Assembly (NCBI GenBank): GCA_035604685.1
Contig: DATNIB010000049.1
Location: 8,324-72,323 of the forward strand
Source: Acidimicrobiales bacterium
GTDB taxonomy: Bacteria; Actinomycetota; Acidimicrobiia; Acidimicrobiales; RAAP-2
Reading direction: 5' to 3'
Length of the DNA stretch: 64,000 nucleotides
Within the stretch, counting starts at the first letter, position 1. Each line of letters begins with the position of its first letter. The translations under genes were made by a program, and so were the position numbers. The notes beneath the pieces were generated by a model. The model had not been told where the DNA came from, ran no database searches, and was given only the letters and a program-made list of their open reading frames with translations. Positions 41,892-50,908 of the stretch are shown in pieces.

Positions 41892-43315
41892 CAGAACTTG
41901 TAGTAGATGAAGGGCGCGACGCCGGTCGGGCCGAGGGTGGTGATCACGAGGAGGGCCAACCCGAGCGCCGACACCTGCGCGGCCGCGGACTGGCGGGAGA
42001 AGACGCCTTCCATGCGGGTCACCGCGTCCGCGGGCACGAACTGCACCGCGACGAAGAACGCGATGGTGATCAAGAGGAGCGGGGTCACGAGCGGCGACGG
42101 CCCCCAACTGGCGAACACCCGCCCCAGCACCGACATGGCGTTCGAGAACGAGCTGGCGTTGAAGAACACCCACCCCAGGCACACGTACTGGAACGTCCAG
42201 AACCGTTGCCACCAGACCCGACCGGGGCCGTCCGCCACCGGCGGGAGCCCGCGGGCGATTCGGTTCTCCCGGCGCAGGTGGCCGACGACCTGCGCCGCCC
42301 CGTGCAGCGCCCCCCAGATGATGAAGGTCCAATTGGCACCGTGCCACAGGCCGCCCAGCACCATCGTGATCATGATGTTGCGGGCCGTGAACCAGCGGCT
42401 GCCGCGGTTGCCACCGAGCGGGATGTAGAGATAGTCGCGCAGCCAGCGCGAGAGCGTGATGTGCCAGCGTCGCCAGAAGTCCTGCAGGTTGCGGGCGGTG
42501 TAGGGCGCATTGAAGTTGATCGGGAAGCGGAAGCCGAGCAGCAGCGCGAGTCCAATGGCGATGTCGGTGTACCCGCTGAAGTCGCAGTAGATCTGCACTG
42601 CGTAGCCCCAGGCGGCGAAGATCGCCTCGAGCCCGGAGTGCTGGTTGGGCGCCCCGAACACCGGCTGGACGATGGACGTCGCCAAGTACGACGACACCAC
42701 CACCTTCTTGAACAGCCCGCCCATGATCATCCAGATGGCCCGCGCGAAGTCGATGTGCTCCGCGTCGCGGCGGCGGCGGATCTGGGGCAGGAGCTCCCCA
42801 CCCCGCACGATCGGCCCGGCGATCAGGTGTGGGAAGAAACTGAGGTAGACGGCCAGGTCGATCGGCCGCGCCACCTCGATCTGGCGACGGTAGACGTCGA
42901 TCACGTAGCTGAGCGCCATGAAGGTGAAGAACGAGATGGCGACCGGCAGCGTCGGCTGGACGAGCGGGATGAGATGGTGGAGGCCGAGATGGTCGAGCGA
43001 GTTGTCGACGTTGACGGCGAAGAAGCCGTAGTACTTGAAGTAGCCGAGCAGGCCGAGCAGGCCGAGGCAGGACAGGCCGAGCGCCAGCTTCCTCAGCCGG
43101 TCGCTGCGGGCGGCTGCGATCCCGAGCGCGCCGCCATGGGCGAGCGCCGTCGAGGTGGCGAGCAGGAGGACGAAGCGCCAGTCCCACCAGCTGTAGAAGA
43201 AGTAGCTGAGCGCGATCGTGGCCAGCTTCCAGGCCACCGGATGCGGGTTGAGCAGCCAGTTGACCGTGAAGGCGATGGCGAAGAAGATCGCGAAGTCGAC
43301 GGTCGGGAAGAGCAT
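41891..43315 (-). CDS. MBOAT family O-acyltransferase (AlgI/DltB/PatA-like)
   Basis: 474 aa and polytopic. The conserved MBOAT region is WRRWHITLSRWLRDYLYIPLGGNRGS, containing the catalytic His. Confidence 0.85.
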   Translation of the reverse strand: MLFPTVDFAIFFAIAFTVNWLLNPHPVAWKLATIALSYFFYSWWDWRFVLLLATSTALAHGGALGIAAARSDRLRKLALGLSCLGLLGLLGYFKYYGFFAVNVDNSLDHLGLHHLIPLVQPTLPVAISFFTFMALSYVIDVYRRQIEVARPIDLAVYLSFFPHLIAGPIVRGGELLPQIRRRRDAEHIDFARAIWMIMGGLFKKVVVSSYLATSIVQPVFGAPNQHSGLEAIFAAWGYAVQIYCDFSGYTDIAIGLALLLGFRFPINFNAPYTARNLQDFWRRWHITLSRWLRDYLYIPLGGNRGSRWFTARNIMITMVLGGLWHGANWTFIIWGALHGAAQVVGHLRRENRIARGLPPVADGPGRVWWQRFWTFQYVCLGWVFFNASSFSNAMSVLGRVFASWGPSPLVTPLLLITIAFFVAVQFVPADAVTRMEGVFSRQSAAAQVSALGLALLVITTLGPTGVAPFIYYKF

Positions 43316-43490
43316 GGCTAGGCGGGCGGTCTGCTACACGCGGCCCCAGCTTGCTCGACGCGCTGCGGGCGGGCCGGGCCCCGGCCGCCGGTCGCGACCA
43401 CCCGGGCCGTGACCTGGAGAAAGGCTCGGAACGGGTCGACTCGGACCCACCAGCGCGGACACACTTCGGACCCCCCGACGTACCCCCCGG

Positions 43491-43511
43491 GCCGCCGCGG
43501 CTCGCGGCGGC
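43491..43511 (-). terminator. 9-bp GC hairpin immediately after the etfA stop
   Basis: gccgccgcg (43491-43499) pairs with cgcggcggc (43503-43511) around the loop gct. There is no U-tract. Confidence 0.25.
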
Positions 43512-43512
43512 G

Positions 43513-44481
43513 TCAGCTCCGCGACTTGAGCGCCTCGATGAGGGCCGGCAGGACCTTGTGCACGTCGCCCACGATGCCGAGGTCGGCGATCGAGAAGATC
43601 GGCGCGTCCTGGTCCTTGTTGATCGCGATGATGTGCTTCGAGCCCTTCATGCCGACCATGTGCTGGGTGGCCCCCGAGATGCCGCAGGCCAGGTAGACGG
43701 TCGGCTTCACGGTCTTGCCGGTCTGCCCCACCTGGTAGGAGTAGGGCACCCAGCCGGCGTCGACGATGGCCCGGCTGGCGCCGGCCGCGCCGCCGAGCAG
43801 CTTGGCCAGCTCCTCGATGAGCGCGTAGTGCTCGGCCGCACCGAGCCCGCGGCCACCCGACACCACGATGCTTGCCTCGTCCAGCTTGGGCCCGGACCGC
43901 TCCTCTGCGTGGCGGTCCTTCACCACTGCGCCGTTGGTCGCCCCGACCTCGGGCGCCGGTGCGGACACGACGTTCGCCGGGCCGCCGCCGGCTGGTTCGG
44001 CGGCAAAGGACTTGGCGCGGATGACGAAGATCTGCGGCCCCTCGCCGCTGAAGCGAGCGGTGACGATCATCGTGCCGCCGAAGAGGGGGTGCTGGCTGCT
44101 CACGGAATCGCCGTCGACCAGGTCCGTCACGTTGGTGAGCAACGGCCGGTCGAGCTTGACCGACAGGCGGCCCGCCACGTCGCGGCCGTCGTAGCTGGCC
44201 GGCACGAGCAGGATGTCGGGACGGTTGCCGCTCTGCACCAGCGCCGCGATGGCCCCCGAGACCGGCGCGCCCGGCAGCGCGGCTCCGATGTCGCCGACGT
44301 CGTAGACGGTGGTGGCGCCGTACTCGCCGAGCGCGGCCGCCACCGATGCCGTGTCCGGCCCCCAAGCCACGGCTTCGACGGTCCCGCCCAACTGGCGCGC
44401 CTCGGTCAAGAGCTCGAGGGTGGTGGAGGTCGGTCCGGCCGCCGCGTGCTCGGCCAAGACCCAGATCTTGTCGTGGGCCAT
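43513..44481 (-). CDS. etfA: electron transfer flavoprotein subunit alpha
   Basis: 322 aa. The C-terminal FAD-binding region is VVSGGRG...AIVDAGW...[25 protein letters not shown]. Confidence 0.9.
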   Translation of the reverse strand: MAHDKIWVLAEHAAAGPTSTTLELLTEARQLGGTVEAVAWGPDTASVAAALGEYGATTVYDVGDIGAALPGAPVSGAIAALVQSGNRPDILLVPASYDGRDVAGRLSVKLDRPLLTNVTDLVDGDSVSSQHPLFGGTMIVTARFSGEGPQIFVIRAKSFAAEPAGGGPANVVSAPAPEVGATNGAVVKDRHAEERSGPKLDEASIVVSGGRGLGAAEHYALIEELAKLLGGAAGASRAIVDAGWVPYSYQVGQTGKTVKPTVYLACGISGATQHMVGMKGSKHIIAINKDQDAPIFSIADLGIVGDVHKVLPALIEALKSRS

Positions 44482-45257
44482 CAGATGACCTTCAGCTCTT
44501 CTAAGAACGCGACGACCCGCTGCGCACCGTCGCCCTCGTCCACGACGATCTCGCCCGAGCCGCGGGACTCCGCGGCCGAGACGTCGGTGATCGCCTGTCG
44601 GGCGCCGACGGCACCCACCTCGGAGGCGTCGAGGCCGAGGTCCGACACGGCCAGCACGTCGACCGGCTTGGACTTGGCCGCCATGATCCCCTTGAACGAC
44701 GGGTAGCGGGGCTCGACCACGCCGGCGGTCACCGTGACCAGGGCCGGCAGGGGGCTCTCGACCTCGTCGTAGCCGGCCTCGGTCTGGCGCTCCACCTTCA
44801 CCGTCGATCCCTCGATCGCCACGCTCTTGGCGAAGGTGATGGAGGGCAGCCCGAGCAGCTCTGCCACCTGCACCGGGACCGTGCCTGTGTAGCCGTCGGT
44901 CGACTCGGTGGCGGCGATCACGAGGTCGGGCGAGACCCGCCTGATCGCCGCCGCCAGGACTTTGGCCGTGCCCAGCGCGTCGCTCCCCGCCAGCGCGTCG
45001 TCGCTGATGAGGATCGCCTTGGCCGCGCCCATGGCGAGGGCAGTGCGCAGGCCCGAGGTCTCCGCGTTGGGCGCCATGGAGACGAGCGTCACCTCGTCCC
45101 CCTCGCCCCCCGCTAGCTGGAGCGCCATCTCGACGCCATAGGAGTCGGAGTCGTCGAGAATCAGCTTGCCGGAACGGTCCAGCGTTTGGGTGTCCGGGCG
45201 CAACGAGGGTGGCGCCGCCGGGTCGGGGATCTGCTTCACACAGACAACGATGTTCAT
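44481..45257 (-). CDS. etfB: electron transfer flavoprotein subunit beta
   Basis: MNIVVCVKQIPD... is the typical EtfB N-terminus. I trimmed the start to ATG 45257. Confidence 0.9.
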   Translation of the reverse strand: MNIVVCVKQIPDPAAPPSLRPDTQTLDRSGKLILDDSDSYGVEMALQLAGGEGDEVTLVSMAPNAETSGLRTALAMGAAKAILISDDALAGSDALGTAKVLAAAIRRVSPDLVIAATESTDGYTGTVPVQVAELLGLPSITFAKSVAIEGSTVKVERQTEAGYDEVESPLPALVTVTAGVVEPRYPSFKGIMAAKSKPVDVLAVSDLGLDASEVGAVGARQAITDVSAAESRGSGEIVVDEGDGAQRVVAFLEELKVI

Positions 45258-45997
45258 GATGGGCCAGTCTCGCCGACCGCGCCGGGGGCTCGCCATTCGT
45301 CCTGCGCCCCGGTGCCCCGGGCGCTGGCCAGCGCCTCGGGGAGGCGATCGGTGATCATCACGTCGACGCCCAGGCCGACCATCGCCCGCATGTCGGCCTC
45401 GGCGTTGACGGTCCACACGTTGAGCGCCAGCCCTGCGCCGTGCGCGTCGGCGACCAGGTCGGGGGACACGCCGGCCACGAAGGGGTGCAACGCCTGGTAG
45501 CCGCGCGCGACCGCCTCGGGGAGGCGGCGCCGGGGGTCGTCGGTGGGGGGCAGCAGCCAGCCGACGACGGCGCCGGTCTCGGCGGCGCGCACGGTGTCGA
45601 TCGAGAACACGTCGAAGGAGGAGATGATCGTCCGCTCCAGCCAGCCCAGCTCTGCCACGGTGGTGACGACGGCCATGGCCAGCGTGCCCGCCTCGTCATA
45701 GGAACCCGGCACGTCGTGGTCGTTCTTGATCTCGACGTTCACGATCATCCCCTCACAGGCGCGCAGGGCGGCGTCGAGCAGGGGCACGTGGGGGGGCAGG
45801 TCGCGCACCGCGATCTCGCACACCGGTCCCACGCCCTCGATCACCGCGTCGTGATGGACGACCAGCCCCCCATCCGCGCTCTGGCGAACGTCGAGCTCGA
45901 CGCCGTCGGCGCCCCGGCGGCGCGCCTCGCCGAAGGCCTCGAGGGTGTTCTCGACGAATCCGTCGGTGCAGCCGCGGTGCGCGAACACCGCGGTCAT
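45254..45997 (-). CDS. glycerophosphodiester phosphodiesterase family protein
   Basis: MTAVFAHRGCTDGFVENTLEAF...GADGVELDVRQSADGGLVVHHD (HRG, E.D and H catalytic pattern). The stop overlaps the etfB start (ATGA). Confidence 0.8.
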   Translation of the reverse strand: MTAVFAHRGCTDGFVENTLEAFGEARRRGADGVELDVRQSADGGLVVHHDAVIEGVGPVCEIAVRDLPPHVPLLDAALRACEGMIVNVEIKNDHDVPGSYDEAGTLAMAVVTTVAELGWLERTIISSFDVFSIDTVRAAETGAVVGWLLPPTDDPRRRLPEAVARGYQALHPFVAGVSPDLVADAHGAGLALNVWTVNAEADMRAMVGLGVDVMITDRLPEALASARGTGAQDEWRAPGAVGETGPS

Positions 45998-46226
45998 CGC
46001 ACCGCCCTTTCGCGCTGCCTGCCCACCGACCCTCCTCCAGTCCGCGCCGGCGCCACCCACCGGTCAGGCACGGGGCGCCCGACCCCCGCAGACGGTAGCG
46101 CCGGCGTCCTGCCCCCGGCCGGACAACCCCAGGTCAGGGCGCTGTCAACCCCTTGTCAGCGTCTTCATCAACCGGTAACCTTCAAGGCAAACCAGTTGCA
46201 TGCAGGCGCAAGGGCGGCGACCCGTA

Positions 46227-46242
46227 TGTGAAATGGTTCACA
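46227..46242. promoter_or_regulatory. CRP/FNR-family binding site upstream of whiB
   Basis: TGTGA-aatggt-TCACA is a perfect match to TGTGA-N6-TCACA. It ends 25 nt upstream of ATG 46268 and 61 nt upstream of the alternative ATG 46304. Confidence 0.55.
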
Positions 46243-46267
46243 ATCTGTTCCGGGTGGAGGACCCTCG

Positions 46268-46558
46268 ATGGCGCTGATGTGGAACCGTACGGTCGATTGG
46301 GACATGGACGATTGGCGCCGCGAGGCCGCCTGTCGGAATACGGCCCCCGACCTCTTCTTCCCGATCGGTACGACCGGGCCGGCCATCGAGCAAATCGAGG
46401 CCGCCAAGCGCGTCTGCCGTTCCTGTCCCGCGCAAGACCCCTGCTTGGACTTCGCGCTGGCCACCAACCAGGAGTCCGGGGTCTGGGGCGCCACCTCGGA
46501 GGAGGAGCGCCGCAAGCTGCGCAAGGCCTGGCTGGCCGCGCGGCGGCGAGCCGGCTGA
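46268..46558 (+). CDS. whiB: WhiB family redox-sensing transcription factor (WhiB1-like)
   Basis: Four Cys are present (C..., CRSCPAQDPC), along with the GVWG turn and a basic tail. A GGAGGA RBS precedes ATG 46268. The alternative ATG 46304 (MDDWRREAAC) resembles the WhiB1 N-terminus. Confidence 0.9.
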   Translation: MALMWNRTVDWDMDDWRREAACRNTAPDLFFPIGTTGPAIEQIEAAKRVCRSCPAQDPCLDFALATNQESGVWGATSEEERRKLRKAWLAARRRAG

Positions 46559-46571
46559 GCCAACCTCTGCC

Positions 46572-48137
46572 CTAGCGCGAGGGCGCTAGGGGCACCTCGA
46601 TCGACACCCGCGTCCCGCCGCCCGCGGCGCGCGGCACCCGGGCCATCTCGATCGATCCGCCGAGCTGGCTCACGACCAGGTCGCGCACGATCGAGAGGCC
46701 GAGGCTGGTCGTGCGCTCGATGTCGAACCACTTGGGCAGGCCGATCCCGTCGTCTCGGACCGTGACGCGCACGGTCGCCGGGTCGTGCTCCAGACCGACG
46801 GTGACGCGGCCGACGGTGCTCGCCTCCCCCTTGCGTCGTCTCTCCCCCCGGGACGAGGGCGCCCCCTTGTCGCCCGGCTTCGCCGAGCGCGAGCCCGGCA
46901 GCCGCAGCATCCGGCTCTCTGGTTCGAAGGCGTGCTCGATCGCGTTCTGCAGGACCTCGGCCATCGCGACCGCGAGGGGGGTGGCCACGTCGGCGTCCAC
47001 CTCGCCCAGCTCGCCGGCCACCGTGATCTCGATCGGCCGCGCGGAGACGACCGAGTCCTTGGCCATCTGGACGATGGCGCCCACGATCTCGTCGAAGGGC
47101 ACCTGGTCCCCCGGGTCGCGCGAGAGGATCTCGTGCACGATGGCGATGGAGCGCACCCGCCGCTCCGCCTCGAGCAGCGCCTGGCGTCCCGCCCCGGCGC
47201 GCCTCGCCTGGAGGTGCAGCAGGGACGAGATCGTCTGCAGGTTGTTCTTGACCCGGTGGTGGACCTCGCGGATGGCCGCGTCCTTGGAGAGCAGCAGCCG
47301 GTCCAGCCGTCGCACGTCGGTGACGTCGCGCAAGAGGACCATCGCCCCGGTGACCGACTTGCCGTCGAGGAGGGGGATGCAGTGCACCAGCACGCTCACG
47401 TTGGGCCGGCGCTCGACCTCTTCGACGATCGGGCTCCCGGTCGCGAGCGCCCGCTCCACCGCAACGTCCTCGACACCCAGGTCGGCGAAGCGGCGACCCT
47501 CGGGGGAGGAGAAGACCCCGAGCCGGTGGAAGGCGTTGATGGCGTTGGGGGACGCGAACACCACGCGCCCTTCGCCGTCGACCACGACCACGCCGTCCCC
47601 CACCCGCGGGGTCTCCTCGGTGCCGACGTCCTCCGCCGGGAACGGGAAGGCCGATCGGGTCACCATGGCGCAGAGCCGGCCGAACAGATCAAGGTAGGTG
47701 CGCTCGTAGTCGCTCTCCGGCGTCAGCTGGGGGGATTGGCAGATCCGCACGATGACGGCCAGCACCCGGTCACCGAAGCGGACCGGGATGTTCTCGACCG
47801 GGAGCACCGCCCCCGCGACGATGCGGTCGGCCACGCCGGACACGATCTGGCCGCTGTGCAGCGCCTCGCTGCACAGCGGCCAGTCCGGCGCCGCCACGGT
47901 CTGGCCGACGAAGTCCTCGCCGACGAGGGTCGGACGGTTGTTCGGGCGTATCTGTCCGAGGACCACCAGATGCGGCGCGGTCCCGGCCGGCGCACCGGTC
48001 GTCGGGACGAGGAGGAGCAGGTCCGAGAAGGACAGGTCGGCGAGCAACGACCAGGAGCCGAGCAGCCGCTGGAGGTGGCCGAGCTCGGCCGGCTCGAGCG
48101 AGGTGTGGTACTGCGCGAGTTCGGCGGGCGTGGGCAT
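46572..48137 (-). CDS. pdtaS: PdtaS-like sensor histidine kinase (GAF-PAS-HisKA_2-HATPase)
   Basis: The H-box EVHHRVKNNLQTISSLL is HisKA_2 type. A C-terminal HATPase is present (DDGIGLP, GLSIV). It is convergent with whiB, the arrangement I recall for M. tuberculosis whiB1/pdtaS. Confidence 0.75.
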   Translation of the reverse strand: MPTPAELAQYHTSLEPAELGHLQRLLGSWSLLADLSFSDLLLLVPTTGAPAGTAPHLVVLGQIRPNNRPTLVGEDFVGQTVAAPDWPLCSEALHSGQIVSGVADRIVAGAVLPVENIPVRFGDRVLAVIVRICQSPQLTPESDYERTYLDLFGRLCAMVTRSAFPFPAEDVGTEETPRVGDGVVVVDGEGRVVFASPNAINAFHRLGVFSSPEGRRFADLGVEDVAVERALATGSPIVEEVERRPNVSVLVHCIPLLDGKSVTGAMVLLRDVTDVRRLDRLLLSKDAAIREVHHRVKNNLQTISSLLHLQARRAGAGRQALLEAERRVRSIAIVHEILSRDPGDQVPFDEIVGAIVQMAKDSVVSARPIEITVAGELGEVDADVATPLAVAMAEVLQNAIEHAFEPESRMLRLPGSRSAKPGDKGAPSSRGERRRKGEASTVGRVTVGLEHDPATVRVTVRDDGIGLPKWFDIERTTSLGLSIVRDLVVSQLGGSIEMARVPRAAGGGTRVSIEVPLAPSR

Positions 48138-48138
48138 G

Positions 48139-49032
48139 TCAGCGCTCGGGCCCGCCGGTCGCCGCGCCGAGGGGGACCGAGCGAGGAACCCGGGCCGAGT
48201 AGGCGCGCAGCTGGTCCACCCCCACGGCTTGGAGGAGGGCCCGCAGGTCGGCCGAGCGGTCGGCCACCTGCTCGAGGCGGTGCGCGTCAGAGGCGGTCGT
48301 GAACCCGACCCCGCGCGCGGCCAACCGCTCGAGCAGCGGTCGCGCCGGATACTGCTCGGCGCAGGGCTTGCGCCAGCCGGCCGACGAGACCTCGGCCGCC
48401 ATCCCGGTCGAGGCCGCCGCCTCGGCGATCCGGTCCCACCACTCGGCCGGCTGGGCCGGCCAGTGGGCGGCCGCCTTCACGAGGTCGGGGTGGGCCAGCA
48501 CATCACAGGTGCCGGTGGCGGCCAGCTCCTCGATGGCCAGCGTGTAGTCCCCCCAGGCGGCGTCGACGTCGCGCACCGACCACTCGGCCATGTGGGTGGG
48601 GTCGGCCACGTCGTCGAACCGCCACGCCCCCACCCAGTGCACCGAGCCCAAGAGGACGTCGAACGGGTAGCCGGACAGCAGCGCCCCGACCTGGTCCATG
48701 CGGCCGCGGTAGTGGTCCACCTCGAGCCCGACCACGACCGGGAGGCCGGACGCCTTGGCGGCCAGCGCCAGTTCCACGTAGGCGTCGAGGTCGCTCCGCG
48801 CGTGGTGCTCCCAGTAGGCGGCCATCGACCGGCGGAGCGCCGGGGACGGGTCGTCGGCGAACAACCCGTCGACGAGGGCCTCGGACTGCGTGAACCGGAA
48901 CAGGTGCTCGGTCAGCGCCACCTCGACCACCCCGGCCGCGGCCGCGCGCTCGCAGTACTGGGCGATCTGATCGAGGTGGAGCGCGACGTCACGTTGCTCG
49001 TGCGGCCAGAGATGGAGGTGATAGTCGAGCAC
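48139..49032 (-). CDS. PHP-domain histidinol-phosphatase family protein
   Basis: MLDYHLHLWPHE (HxH), TEHLF, GSVH and DAH motifs match the PHP fold. Confidence 0.6.
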   Translation of the reverse strand: MLDYHLHLWPHEQRDVALHLDQIAQYCERAAAAGVVEVALTEHLFRFTQSEALVDGLFADDPSPALRRSMAAYWEHHARSDLDAYVELALAAKASGLPVVVGLEVDHYRGRMDQVGALLSGYPFDVLLGSVHWVGAWRFDDVADPTHMAEWSVRDVDAAWGDYTLAIEELAATGTCDVLAHPDLVKAAAHWPAQPAEWWDRIAEAAASTGMAAEVSSAGWRKPCAEQYPARPLLERLAARGVGFTTASDAHRLEQVADRSADLRALLQAVGVDQLRAYSARVPRSVPLGAATGGPER

Positions 49033-49041
49033 GCGACGCCC

Positions 49042-49689
49042 TCAGGCGTCCGACCTGCGGATCAGTGTCACCCCGTCCCGGATCGTGGTGAGCGAACAGA
49101 TGACGCGCGGGTCCGCCACCAGCTTGTCGTTGAAGGCGCGCAGTGCGGCGCCGGCCGAGCCGGCCGGCGCGTCGCGGAGCACCGAGCCGCCGAACAGCGT
49201 GTTGTCGCAGGCGATCAGCCCGGTCGGCGCCAGCTTGGGCAGGACCGCCTCGAAGTAGGCGTCGTAACCCTCCTTGTCGGCGTCGATGAAGACGAGGTCG
49301 AAGGGTCCGGGCAGCGATGCGATGGTCTCGAGCGCCGGACCCACCACCAGCTGGATCCGGTCCGCATGCGGACTGGCCGCGATGTTGGTCCGGGCGGTGG
49401 CCGCGTGGGTCGGGTCGAGCTCGCAGGTGGTAATCCTCCCGCCGGGCGGCAAGCCCGCCGCCATCGAGATCGCCGAGTAGCCGGTGAACGTCCCGATCTC
49501 GAGGACGTGCCGGGCGCCGGTGGCGAAGACGAGCAGCTCCAAGAAGCGGCCCTCCTGGGTACCCACCATCATCCCCCAGGCCGGAAAGTCGCGGCGGGTG
49601 GCCGCCTCGACCGCCGTCAGGTACGCCGGTTGCGGCGTCGAATGCGCCTCGGCGTAGGCGACGGCGGCGGGGTCGATCAGCTCGGGCAT
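49042..49689 (-). CDS. class I SAM-dependent O-methyltransferase (caffeoyl-CoA OMT family)
   Basis: VLEIGTFTGYSAISMA and FDLVFIDADKEGY are typical of PF01596-type OMTs. Confidence 0.8.
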   Translation of the reverse strand: MPELIDPAAVAYAEAHSTPQPAYLTAVEAATRRDFPAWGMMVGTQEGRFLELLVFATGARHVLEIGTFTGYSAISMAAGLPPGGRITTCELDPTHAATARTNIAASPHADRIQLVVGPALETIASLPGPFDLVFIDADKEGYDAYFEAVLPKLAPTGLIACDNTLFGGSVLRDAPAGSAGAALRAFNDKLVADPRVICSLTTIRDGVTLIRRSDA

Positions 49690-49732
49690 CCGCTCATCGT
49701 ACGACGAGCGTGAAGACCGTTCGGCCGCCTGC

Positions 49733-50908
49733 TCAGCCCCAGAGGGCCCGGCCGAGGCGCAGCAGGCCGGCCATGTCTCCGATGTCGGTGTCGAACGCCG
49801 GTGCGCTGGCCACCACGTCAGGGGACGCCGTCACGTCGGCCAGTTGCTCCGCCTCGCGGCGCGCCACCACGCGCAGGTTGAGGAAGCTCTGGGCGATCTC
49901 CTCCAGCAGGCGCTCGGTCATGGCCGGATCGGTGGGCAGCTGGGCCGCGATCTGCCCGGCGTGCTCGCTCAGCGCGCGCGCCACGTCGGCCGCCTCGGCG
50001 TCCCGCAGGTAGTCGGGCAGCACCTTGTTGAAGACCAGCGCACCCAGGTGCAGCCGCCGCTCGGCCAGCGCACCGGCCAACAGCTCGGCCTCGTGCAGCG
50101 GGGCCGCTTCGAGGGTCGAGACCACCACAAAGGTGGTTCGCCGGTCCTCGAGCAGGTGACTCACGGACTCGGCCCGCGCGACGAACCCCTGGTGCAGCGA
50201 GTTGAACAAGATGAAGAACTCGGCGATGTCGGACAGGAACTGGGTGCCGAGGAGCCGGTCGGCCACCTGGTAGAAGGGCTTGGAGGCGATGTTCATCACC
50301 CGCGAGCGGTAGGGGACGATGAGCCAGCGGAGCAGCCGGCTGGAGAAGAAGTCGGCCATTCGCTTCGGGGCATCGAGGAAGTCGAGCGCATGGCGCGACG
50401 GCGGGGTGTCGACGACGATCAGGTCATAGGTGCCCTCGGCGTGGATCTCGTAGAGCCGCTCCATGGCGATGTAGTCGTGGCTCTGGACGAACCGGCCCGA
50501 GATGTTGCGATACAGGGGGTTCTGCAGGATCTGCTGGCGAGTCCGCGCGTCGGGGGAATGGAGCCGGATGAGGGCATCCCAGCTCTCCTTCGTGTCGAGC
50601 ATGGCCGCCCACAGCTCGCCGCGCGGCGTCACCCCGGCCTCGCGAAACAGCTCGTCAGGGATCCGACGCTCGGCATTGCCGAGACCCTTCACGCCGAGCG
50701 CGTCGGCCAGCCGGCGGGCCGGATCGACGGTCAGCACGAGGACGCGACCTTCCTGATGCACCGCCGCCATGGCGCCGGTCGCCGCCGCGGTGGTGGTCTT
50801 TCCGACGCCGCCCGGGCCGCAGACGATGGCGATCTCGCGGGCGGCCAGCAACGCATCCAGCGACCCCTCACGGCCCGGCGTTCGATCGTCGCGTGCGATG
50901 ACCGGCAT
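49733..50908 (-). CDS. ArsA/Get3-like ATPase, second of a pair
   Basis: 391 aa with the deviant Walker A CGPGGVGKTTTAAA and DTPPSRHALDFL. The start overlaps the upstream stop by 1 nt. Confidence 0.8.
   Translation of the reverse strand: MPVIARDDRTPGREGSLDALLAAREIAIVCGPGGVGKTTTAAATGAMAAVHQEGRVLVLTVDPARRLADALGVKGLGNAERRIPDELFREAGVTPRGELWAAMLDTKESWDALIRLHSPDARTRQQILQNPLYRNISGRFVQSHDYIAMERLYEIHAEGTYDLIVVDTPPSRHALDFLDAPKRMADFFSSRLLRWLIVPYRSRVMNIASKPFYQVADRLLGTQFLSDIAEFFILFNSLHQGFVARAESVSHLLEDRRTTFVVVSTLEAAPLHEAELLAGALAERRLHLGALVFNKVLPDYLRDAEAADVARALSEHAGQIAAQLPTDPAMTERLLEEIAQSFLNLRVVARREAEQLADVTASPDVVASAPAFDTDIGDMAGLLRLGRALWG

Noticed and set aside
46143-46158. tgtcaaccccttgtca, considered as a second CRP-like site upstream of whiB.
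   Set aside because: The two TGTCA pentamers are direct repeats, not inverted, and do not match TGTGA-N6-TCACA.
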